Source: Candidatus Cloacimonadales bacterium
GTDB taxonomy: Bacteria; Cloacimonadota; Cloacimonadia; Cloacimonadales; JAFGVF01
NCBI GenBank assembly: GCA_963662585.1
Contig: OY759729.1
Location: 64,001 to 128,000 of the forward strand
Reading direction: 5' to 3'
DNA: 64,000 bases
Part shown: in pieces, positions 56,401 through 64,000 of the stretch
Layout of the letters: every line of letters starts with the position of its first letter
Position numbering within the stretch: the stretch's first letter is position 1
The notes under the pieces: model-generated
What the model saw: only the letters and a program-made list of their open reading frames with translations
What the model was told of the DNA's origin: nothing
Database searches by the model: none
Made by a program: the position numbers and the translations under genes

Positions 56401-59400
56401 GGCCGTAAACATTATATGGTGAGAAGGCAACTTCCCAATTACCGAAATAGTTTCCACCAGGGATAGAAGTACCTTCGACTGTTATATAATCTTCATACAT
56501 AACACTATCTGAGGCTACCAGCATATCATCCTCGTCAATATAGGAGACTACTAAACTTATCGAGTATGAGCCACCTGTATTATATGTGAAACTAGGATTT
56601 TGTAGATTACTATCAACAGTAGTATCATTATCTAAATACCAAGCCCAATGATTTGGATTTCCAACAGTTAAATCTGTGAAGTTAACAGTTTGACCAGATA
56701 ATAGTTCTGTATCATCAGCTTCAAACTGAGCTTCATAAGAGTCAGTAATATATACTTCAAGATCTTGTGAGGTAACTAATCTTCCTGTTCCGTCACTCAC
56801 ACTAAGAGTTAAAGTCTCCATACCTACCCATTCTTCAGGAGCAGAGAAAGTAACTTCTAAACCAAGAATATCGCAAGTAATTTGATCATTTCCTGTGATT
56901 GCTAAGGACAATAAGGAAAGACTTTGTTCAGGGTCATAAAGATGATTTGCAAAGTCAATAACTTGTCTAGTAGTTTGTAACATGGAAATTGATGAAGGTA
57001 ACTCTAAGAAATGAGGAGCATCTGGAACATCAATAACTGTTACCGTGATGATATCACTAGCTACTGCTTGATAATTGTCTGTTGCAGTAAAAGTCAATTC
57101 TTCAATACCATACCAATCTAACTCAGGTCTTAAAGTAACTATACCATTTGATATTTGAGCTTGAATATGATTATTACCTGATACTCTGAAGATTAAATTA
57201 TCTCCATCTGCATCGGTGAAGTAGTTTCTTAAGTCAAGATCTTGATTAAGGCCATCTTCATTCATATTAATGTTTGGTATTGAACTAACTAAGATTGGAG
57301 CTGTATTAACTACACTGATATAATTGCTTCTTAGCAAAGAATGAGTTTCAGCATTTTCATTATGAACTGTTAATCTTACTGAGTAGTTTCCTCTCTTTTC
57401 ATAAATAAAAGAAGGATTAACTTCGTTACTATCAACAATACCATCGTTTTGGAAATCCCATTCATATTCAGTAATCTCAGAATCGTCTGATGTTTGAGAA
57501 TAGTTAGTAAAAGTAACTTCTAAATTCTTAGCACCTGTTAGTGGACTAGCATTGAAGTTAGCTGTTATTAATCTTTCTAAAACAGTCATTGTGACATAGA
57601 CTAAGGAAGTTGTATTTTCAGGATCATCCGAAGTGACTTGGATTATGGCATTATAGTTTCCTTCAGTTAAATCATAACTACTAAAACTTAGTTCTATCTC
57701 TTCACTAGCATCTGGTAAAATAGAAAGAAGAGTTGGAGCTAGAGTCAACCATGAAGTTCCACTGACTGAAATTGAAGTTATATTTAAGCTACTATTTCCA
57801 GTATTTGAAATAGTAAAATAAGCAAGATCAGTTCCAAAACGCGGAATTGAAATAGTAATTTCAGTTGTAGAAAGTTCAAGATGTGGAGCTTCTGTAGTGC
57901 TTGCACTAAGACTAACAACTTGAGAAGGATTATTTGGATCATTTGATTCAATAATTAATTCTTCATTAAAGTTTCCTTCTTCAGAACTTGCATAAGTAAC
58001 AGAAATAGTCTCACTTTCCCCAGTTTGGAGTACAAAGGCTCTATCTATAACAGAGAAAAGAGAATTCGTAGTAGTAAGAGAAATAATGCTTAAAGGAGCA
58101 TATCCTTGGTTAGTTATCTGGATATTTCTTATCTTAGGATATCCAAGATAATTTTCACCAAAATTAATCTGCTCATTTACGCTTAGTACAGGATCTCCAG
58201 ATAAAACACTTAAGGAAGTAGTTCTCTCACCTTGCTTAACATCTGTTTCATTATCATAAATTGCCAATTTCACACTATAACTTCCCACAGAACTGCTAGA
58301 AGGTAGTTGTAAGGAAGCACTTGCTTGATAACTAGCAGAGACAGATAAATCAATGATTTGAGTGGATGAATCTAAGACCTCTAAATCGGAATTAACTAAT
58401 TCATACTCAGCTCTGACGGTCTGACTATAAAGCTGACTTGTCATTACTGAGTTAACTTCTAATACCTCACCTGGATAATAGTTAGTTCTGTTGAGATTTA
58501 GAGAGTTTATAGAGGCATAAATTGGGGATTGATTAAAGACAACTTGTCCCCAGATTATCTTCGAGCTTCCAGAATCAACACCATTCACATCAAGAGATAT
58601 CTCTATTTCATTAGCAACATTCTCACCCAGGTTCATCAAAGATGGCTCTATTGCAAATTCTGTTATGCTATAATTATTGCGTGAACCAACTAATTGACCA
58701 ACCCAACTGCCATTAACAAAGACATAGTTAATCTCACCTGGATCAATATCATAAGCTCTAATTCTTAATTTTGCATATTCGATAGCTGTTTCATTAGTAT
58801 AGATGAAGAATTCAACAGGAGCATTAGGTGAATTTTCATTTATATCAACTCCCAGGTCATTATCTGCTGTTTCAAGAAACTCATTTCCCGCATTGTCTGT
58901 ATCAGTGAAATTGAAATTCGAGTGATTCAAAATCATAGGAAGAGATTTGCTTGCATTATTTGGGTCATTACTTGTGATAACGAAATTAGCAAAGTAAGAA
59001 CCAAAATTAATATTTCTAGTATCAATAGTAAGGTTAATAGTTTCTGAAGCACCTACAGCTATTGTACCTGAGACAGGGTTTGCTGATAACCAAGGAACTG
59101 CTATAGTTTCTGCAGTAAGAGAATATTCTAACTGAGATTCGCCTTCATTGCTAATTACTATTTCATCATAGAAGAGAGTATTATCCAAGATAAACCAATC
59201 TAAAGAACTTCTATTAACTAGAATTTGTGGAACATAAAGCCCCCTACCGCTCATAGTGATTTCTAGATTTTCACTATTGTTAGCATTAGAAATAATATCT
59301 AAGATAGCATTTACTTCTTCATCTCCAGTTGGTGTAAATCTTACTGTAAGGACTCTACTGTTACCTGCTTGAATATTCATAGGATTACTGATTGATGGAG

Positions 59401-62400
59401 TAGAAAGTGAAATAAAGTCAGGATGATTAGAATTTATTCCTGTAATTCTTAACACTCCTGTACCTTGATTATATAAAGTATATTCTATTTCGCTACTATT
59501 CCCTACATGAACTTCTGAAAACTCTAAGCTACTAGTTGAAGCATATATTTCAGCACTAGCCTCCATACCATAACCAGTTAAATTTACAGTCTCTTCTCCA
59601 CTAGCAATATCATTACTAACTATTACTAACTCAGCACTCTTAGAGCCTTGACTTTGAGGAGTAAAGGAAGCAGTTATTGTCCTTGAAGCTTCAGGAGCAA
59701 GGATAAATGAAGGAGGAGATACCAAGAATTCCCCTGCACCAACGCTCATAGATGATACCTGTAAGGTTGAGCTTCCATTGTTAGTAATGGTGAAAGTCTC
59801 TGTACCTGAATTTCCGATAAGCACAGAACCAAAATCAATGTCTGTTGCTGAAACAGTAATAGTTGGACTACCAGTAACTGTTAATTGAACAGGTATTGTC
59901 TGAACACCTTCAGGATCATTGCTATTAAGAACAATCTGAGCTGAATAACTTCCAGCATAAACATTTGTAGCTGTGATATTCACTAAGACACTATTATTAT
60001 TACCAGCTAGTATATTTCCAGAAGAAGGAGTTACTGATAACCAATCACTAGCATCAACACTACGACTTCTATTGTTTGTACTTTCTCTACTAACATCACT
60101 TATGACAATTTCATAAGTTAATTCTCTATCTCCTGAATTACTTATTACTAGAGATTCTTCAGTCTCTTGTCCATAATTTAAGAAAGATGAAATTGAGCTT
60201 AAAGAAAGTTCCATTATCGGCGGTAGATAGCCCTGCCCACTAAGAGAAATTGCTTCATTTCCGGCATTAGTTTGAATTTCTAAGCTTGCAGTGAATTCTG
60301 TGTTAGAATTAGGAGCGAATTCAACAGTAATATTTCCTGATTCTCCAGGAGCAAGAGAAGAAATCGATGAAACAATAGTAAAGACTCCCTCTGGAATAAT
60401 ACTAACATCAGTAATCACTAATTCATCACTACCTGTATTAACTATTGCGATATCTTCAGTTTGAGAATATTCTACAGCAACTTCCCCAAAATTGATTTGG
60501 TTGCTATCAACTGTATAATCAGGATATCCCACAACTCTCATGGATACTGGAAGATTTACTAAGTTGTTCTGAGGATCATTAGAAGTAAATCTTAAACTTC
60601 CACTATAATCTCCACCATAAATACCTGTTGGATCAAGGGTAATGTTTATATCTTGATTCTCTCCAGCAGGAATTGTTCCGGCAATATTATCTGCTGATAA
60701 CCAGCGACCATCATCTACTTGGAAGAGTGGACCAGCTATATCACTTACCCAGACATCTTTTCCATTGTTAGCAAAGGAATAAATAACACTATTATCATAA
60801 AATACTTTTTCCTTGGTAACAACAATCGAGCCATTTACTAATCTAAGTTGAAGTATCTTTCCACCTGTGATTTCTTCGTTTTCAATAACATTCTGGAAAG
60901 CCCATAGTTCATTATTATAGTAATGTCCAACCCAGGCTAATTGACTGATATTTTTTCCTAAATAAGCACTGTAAGTGTTGATTATCTCACCACTATGAGA
61001 AACCCTATAAATAGTAGTCATAGCCTCATCGCCGAATGCTCTGTTTAGCAAGAAGCTATCTCCAACATAGGTAATCGCTGGGAAGTAATCTACTGGAGAA
61101 GTAAAACTTCCTATAGGAGGATTTGAACTAGTATTTAAAGTAGTAGGGTCATATCCATAAACATTACCTGATTGATTACCAATCCAGAAATAAGTACCAT
61201 CATAGGTAATACCATAAGGTAGGGTATGAATAGGATAAGATGCTGTAACTTGATTAGTTTCAATGCTGTATTTAACCAACAATCCGCTTGTTTGATTTTC
61301 ATTATCTTTATTATAATCGACAATATAGAGTTCGTCATTTAACCAATACATTCCAGCATTCCAAACAGGCATATTAGGATAAGTTGCTATTTGGTCTCCT
61401 AAGAATCTGCCTTGGTTATCTTGATTTATAACATAATTAGGTAATTCATTTCTTAGCATATTCCTACTTTCATCAGCATAGAGTCCGATTGGACTTAACT
61501 CATTATTAGTAGAGAAATTCTCCCCTCTTTCATTTGTTTCATCCAAAGCTAGAGAATAGTTTAAATCAGAACCACCTGTATTAGATAATCTAACAACTTG
61601 AGTATCTTGACTATCAATAGTTAAATCTACAAGTAATGAAGCAGGATTTACAGAAATAGTAGGTTGGCCTTGAGCAATAGCAGTTAATTCAATTTGATAT
61701 TCACTATTGCTAAGATCATTTGAAACAAGAGTTAATATTGCTGTTTTAACTCCACTACTTGTAGGAGTAAAGGAAACACTAATCGCTTGCGAGACTAAAG
61801 GCTCAATCTGATAAGTTGTTTCAGTAACAGAAAACTCTGCACTATTAAGATTAATATTGCTTATTTCTAAAACAGAAGTTCCGGCATTTGAAATCACCAG
61901 ATTCTCTGTAAGAGTTTGTCCTACGAAGCTAGTAGCAAATTCAATCTCATCTGAGGAGACAATAATGTTTGCATCTCCATTTACCTCAAAACTTACAGGA
62001 ACGATTGTTACAGGAGTTTCAGCATCATTACTATTAATAATAAGGTTAGCTTGATAGCTTCCAGCAAATAAGTTACTTGCATCATAGTTCAAATTAATAA
62101 TTTGGTCTTGACCAACTAGCAATGAACCTGATACTGGGCTGAGAGTTAACCAGTTGAATTCTCCAATATTATCATCAATTCTATATAGTTTAGGACTTTC
62201 TACAAGATCAGGAGCAATCCATAAATCTCGTCCGTTATGAGCAAGTGCATAAGATATACCAGAGAATTCACTATAGTTAATCTGATTTAGAATTGAAGCG
62301 GTAGCTGGGACTAACTGCCTGAGCTTATTAGCAGAATAATCAAGAGTCCAAAGCTCGCCACCTGTGTGATCAGTAACCCAAACCATTTGATTGATCTTAC

Positions 62401-64000
62401 CGTTGAAATTAGTCTGAATAGCAGAACTGATAACATTACCAGTAGTATCTACATTATAGATTTGAGGATTATTATTCGAAGAAGAGCATACTATAAAGTT
62501 ATCTCCATTCCAAGCCATTGCAGGATTACCCAATAGTGTATTAGTAAATTGTGTTACTAAATTTCCACTTAAATCATAAGAATAGAAAGTACCTGTTGAA
62601 GAGCCTATCCAGAGATTATTTCCATCATAAGTAATACCAAAAGGTGAATTATGAATAGGATATTGAGCTATAACTTCTTGGCTTGTAATATCATATTTGT
62701 AGAGTTTGTTTTGACTATAACTTACAACAAATAAATAGCCATCAACCCAAACCATACCTTTATTACTGACAGGAAGATTCTCAAATTCTCCCGTAACAAT
62801 ATCACGACTTTCTACTTCTTCTATCTCAAGATTGAAATTAAGTTGCTCACCCTGAACATTACTAATAGTGAGTTCTTGAGAAGTCTCTGTCCCACTACTT
62901 GCTTGAGCCGAGAAAGTAGTTTGAGAAATAGCAATTTGTGGAGTATAAACCCCACTACCTGATAGTTCTATAGTTCTGATAACTGTTCCAGGTAGATTAC
63001 TTGTGAAGCTTAATTCTGAATCATATGCTGTTTCAGCTTCAGGTGCAAAAGTAAGTACTATTCTCTCACTCCCATTAGCAGGAATGTTTAATTCAGTAAC
63101 TTGAGTAGAGAACACATCATTGTCGATATTAAAATCATTTAGACTTAGTATATCACTTCCTGTATTTGTTATTAAGACAGATAAGGTATCTGAATAACCA
63201 ATAAAGCTATTTCCAAATTCAAGACTAGCTGGAGAAATTACTAGATTAGGAATACCAGTAACAGTAACATTTAAAGGAATCTCTATATTATCTTCATCAG
63301 GGTCATTGGAAGTTAATTCTATTATTTGGTTATAGCTTCCTCCAATTATATTTGTAGCATCAAGATTGATATCAATCGAAGTTACCTCACTTACTGCTAA
63401 TTCACCTGAGGTCGTGGAGAAGGCTATCCAACTAGGAATAGTCGATACTTCACTTTCAGTAATAGCTGCGTTGCCATAGAGAACCCCAGCTGTTTGATAA
63501 GTTGAGTTATCTCTTAGATCTTCTTGGTCAAAATTCCAGTAACCACCCAAGTCTTGTTCGTTTCCCACAAGCCTAACATTGCGGTAGTTATTAATCTGAG
63601 TCTGACTTCTAGCACTTTCCCAAATTCTAAATTCATCAATTGCACCATCAAAGCGATACCAATTACTTCCTGTTTGATTCATCTTTCCTAAGATCCATGG
63701 GTCATAGTTGCCACTAAAGGCGACCACAGACTCTTCAGAGATTAAAGAACCATCAAGATAAACTTGCAGAACATTATCACTATAACTAACTGCTATATGA
63801 TACCACTGTTGAAGTTCAATATTATTCGCTACTAAGAACTCTCTATTAGTACCATTATTAAGAGCTATTTTTAAATTCTTATCAGTAACTTCATTATCAA
63901 TTCCGTCAGTATAAATACCAAAAGAACCATTTTGTGAAGCAGTTGATTTACTTATAATACACTGCTTACCTCCATTATAGAGGGAACCATTAGAGCGTTG
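53417..64000 (-). CDS. giant secreted/surface protein (partial, 5' end outside window): LamG, Ig-like (ASH/choice-of-anchor D-like, BACON-like), two beta-propeller inserts, PKD domains, beta-helix and Fn3-like C-terminal domain
   Basis: The frame is open to nt 64000 (QRSNGSLY...WYHIAVSY...VYLDG, LamG), so it is at least 3527 aa. It has repeated SNDP, FG..F.G, WDF..DG/WEFGDG (PKD) and CIDAG..DPDG..DMG motifs. Confidence 0.88.
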   Translation of the reverse strand, partial: QRSNGSLYNGGKQCIISKSTASQNGSFGIYTDGIDNEVTDKNLKIALNNGTNREFLVANNIELQQWYHIAVSYSDNVLQVYLDGSLISEESVVAFSGNYDPWILGKMNQTGSNWYRFDGAIDEFRIWESARSQTQINNYRNVRLVGNEQDLGGYWNFDQEDLRDNSTYQTAGVLYGNAAITESEVSTIPSWIAFSTTSGELAVSEVTSIDINLDATNIIGGSYNQIIELTSNDPDEDNIEIPLNVTVTGIPNLVISPASLEFGNSFIGYSDTLSVLITNTGSDILSLNDFNIDNDVFSTQVTELNIPANGSERIVLTFAPEAETAYDSELSFTSNLPGTVIRTIELSGSGVYTPQIAISQTTFSAQASSGTETSQELTISNVQGEQLNFNLEIEEVESRDIVTGEFENLPVSNKGMVWVDGYLFVVSYSQNKLYKYDITSQEVIAQYPIHNSPFGITYDGNNLWIGSSTGTFYSYDLSGNLVTQFTNTLLGNPAMAWNGDNFIVCSSSNNNPQIYNVDTTGNVISSAIQTNFNGKINQMVWVTDHTGGELWTLDYSANKLRQLVPATASILNQINYSEFSGISYALAHNGRDLWIAPDLVESPKLYRIDDNIGEFNWLTLSPVSGSLLVGQDQIINLNYDASNLFAGSYQANLIINSNDAETPVTIVPVSFEVNGDANIIVSSDEIEFATSFVGQTLTENLVISNAGTSVLEISNINLNSAEFSVTETTYQIEPLVSQAISVSFTPTSSGVKTAILTLVSNDLSNSEYQIELTAIAQGQPTISVNPASLLVDLTIDSQDTQVVRLSNTGGSDLNYSLALDETNERGENFSTNNELSPIGLYADESRNMLRNELPNYVINQDNQGRFLGDQIATYPNMPVWNAGMYWLNDELYIVDYNKDNENQTSGLLVKYSIETNQVTASYPIHTLPYGITYDGTYFWIGNQSGNVYGYDPTTLNTSSNPPIGSFTSPVDYFPAITYVGDSFLLNRAFGDEAMTTIYRVSHSGEIINTYSAYLGKNISQLAWVGHYYNNELWAFQNVIENEEITGGKILQLRLVNGSIVVTKEKVFYDNSVIYSFANNGKDVWVSDIAGPLFQVDDGRWLSADNIAGTIPAGENQDINITLDPTGIYGGDYSGSLRFTSNDPQNNLVNLPVSMRVVGYPDYTVDSNQINFGEVAVEYSQTEDIAIVNTGSDELVITDVSIIPEGVFTIVSSISSLAPGESGNITVEFAPNSNTEFTASLEIQTNAGNEAISLSGQGYLPPIMELSLSSISSFLNYGQETEESLVISNSGDRELTYEIVISDVSRESTNNRSRSVDASDWLSVTPSSGNILAGNNNSVLVNITATNVYAGSYSAQIVLNSNDPEGVQTIPVQLTVTGSPTITVSATDIDFGSVLIGNSGTETFTITNNGSSTLQVSSMSVGAGEFLVSPPSFILAPEASRTITASFTPQSQGSKSAELVIVSNDIASGEETVNLTGYGMEASAEIYASTSSLEFSEVHVGNSSEIEYTLYNQGTGVLRITGINSNHPDFISLSTPSISNPMNIQAGNSRVLTVRFTPTGDEEVNAILDIISNANNSENLEITMSGRGLYVPQILVNRSSLDWFILDNTLFYDEIVISNEGESQLEYSLTAETIAVPWLSANPVSGTIAVGASETINLTIDTRNINFGSYFANFVITSNDPNNASKSLPMILNHSNFNFTDTDNAGNEFLETADNDLGVDINENSPNAPVEFFIYTNETAIEYAKLRIRAYDIDPGEINYVFVNGSWVGQLVGSRNNYSITEFAIEPSLMNLGENVANEIEISLDVNGVDSGSSKIIWGQVVFNQSPIYASINSLNLNRTNYYPGEVLEVNSVMTSQLYSQTVRAEYELVNSDLEVLDSSTQIIDLSVSASYQASASLQLPSSSSVGSYSVKLAIYDNETDVKQGERTTSLSVLSGDPVLSVNEQINFGENYLGYPKIRNIQITNQGYAPLSIISLTTTNSLFSVIDRAFVLQTGESETISVTYASSEEGNFNEELIIESNDPNNPSQVVSLSASTTEAPHLELSTTEITISIPRFGTDLAYFTISNTGNSSLNITSISVSGTSWLTLAPTLLSILPDASEEIELSFSSYDLTEGNYNAIIQVTSDDPENTTSLVYVTMTVLERLITANFNASPLTGAKNLEVTFTNYSQTSDDSEITEYEWDFQNDGIVDSNEVNPSFIYEKRGNYSVRLTVHNENAETHSLLRSNYISVVNTAPILVSSIPNINMNEDGLNQDLDLRNYFTDADGDNLIFRVSGNNHIQAQISNGIVTLRPELDWYGIEELTFTATDNYQAVASDIITVTVIDVPDAPHFLELPSSISMLQTTRQVIDFANHLYDPEQSLSLLSLAITGNDQITCDILGLEVTFSAPEEWVGMETLTLSVSDGTGRLVTSQDLEVYITDSYEAQFEADDTELLSGQTVNFTDLTVGNPNHWAWYLDNDTTVDSNLQNPSFTYNTGGSYSISLVVSYIDEDDMLVASDSVMYEDYITVEGTSIPGGNYFGNWEVAFSPYNVYGQVSIESGTTLTIEEGTVINFLEDTEFVIEGGLVADGVIFGLADNGSREISQWQGIKFNASENNSSLTNCTFKNSAKAIEINNASPILSGINIEGVDSDHSAIKIIGSSQALINNLDIDKYTSAIEILGDSSDNVPVLSNIRVRHTTNTSRTEDENAIAVKIQDSNLTIDDLDIEDFAKGIEIKSTSTSSSPVLTNIRVRHTTNTSRVDDTYAVKVQGNSSPRISDSVIDDFSKAIIFDALSSTTTPVLTNIRVRHTTNTSRNLGDTAIEFIGVINAEIDSLEVDDFLTGIYFENSERTETTIPTLSNIRVRHTTNTSRTDAVALKSIGKVDLQITGFESENVKDGISIYSSGSTAPVLTNIRVRHTTNTSRDLGGKALDFIGDISPQISDVIIEDFVTGINFDNSDRSEETIPVLTNIRVRHTTNTSRTDAIALKTSGLVKLVLSDFESDNVKDGISIYSSGSTAPVLTNIRVRHTTNTSRELGGRGIELLGSIQAVMDSVEVEDCLTGIYFENLTRTEPTCPVLTNIRVRHTTNTSRTDAVAFKSVGLINFKLTDFESENVTDGINLYSSDVTLPVLTNIRVRHTTNTSRNVGVGITLTEQANAWIRNSLVEGFNVGLMASGNNSANIERNALIDNITAIILSGEECATQIHHNHFESQLEDLVTCFTINNNDIIQILNNNILGYDRIINGENSSPYLSQNIIWGSLLSSADLASGDQVNATFEYNDISMASGYAPGDGNMNVDPNFDDSDDNHNLELNIYSTCIDAGNPNLPSDPDGSVADMGMNYIHHLVNFNSTSRFVTLGTPIQFDNKSEGHDDVSTSILWEFGDGHSSTDRDPAHTYGEVGLYTTTLTMTTGSYTDVMSSEVFVVIQEEAISIPQNPLVTMAGSSLNLTWEEVNQTVSGSPVENVSYLIYSCDDPQGIFRYRANVSILNWTDANIAQAADRQFYFVLAFVGEDRSSLEDFISTHRYLRRDGEVVAPADSFNVKTRSKK
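54629..55999 (-). repeat. nine intragenic repeats of P(V/T)L(T/S)NIRVRHTTNTSR at about 55-aa period
   Basis: Counted in the translation; the DNA copies differ at synonymous positions. Confidence 0.95.

Noticed and set aside
63725..63727. GTG start of the 3436-aa ORF
   Set aside because: The frame stays open to the window end through a LamG domain, so the true start is outside the window.

Overview
Low-GC bacterial chromosomal window. It is probably from Candidatus Cloacimonadota, inferred from gene content and the style of the giant secreted protein, not demonstrated. Most of it is housekeeping: end of a 2-oxoacid:ferredoxin oxidoreductase operon, murI, pyrG, rnr, yicC, mutS, rho, tRNA-Lys(CTT), recF, dnaN, rsmB, ruvA/ruvC, yebC and a class III FBPase. 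The notable items are: (1) a REP-associated tyrosine transposase (RAYT) flanked by two near-identical REPIN-like units built from a non-GTAG REP with two orientation-specific classes, plus an unrelated GTAG-type palindrome nearby; (2) a >3500-aa surface protein, truncated by the window edge, with nine invariant NIRVRHTTNTSR motifs in a beta-helix region and Arg-containing interdomain linkers; (3) several apparent pseudo-enzymes: a BirA homologue lacking adenylation residues, an M29 aminopeptidase-like protein lacking metal ligands, and an EF-G paralogue lacking the catalytic His; (4) a translationally coupled yicC - membrane protein - RNase R operon; (5) an sAC-like twin cyclase-STAND-TPR protein; (6) a candidate structured ncRNA at about 31.8-32.0 kb. 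All calls come from motif recognition by eye; no database searches or folding programs were run.
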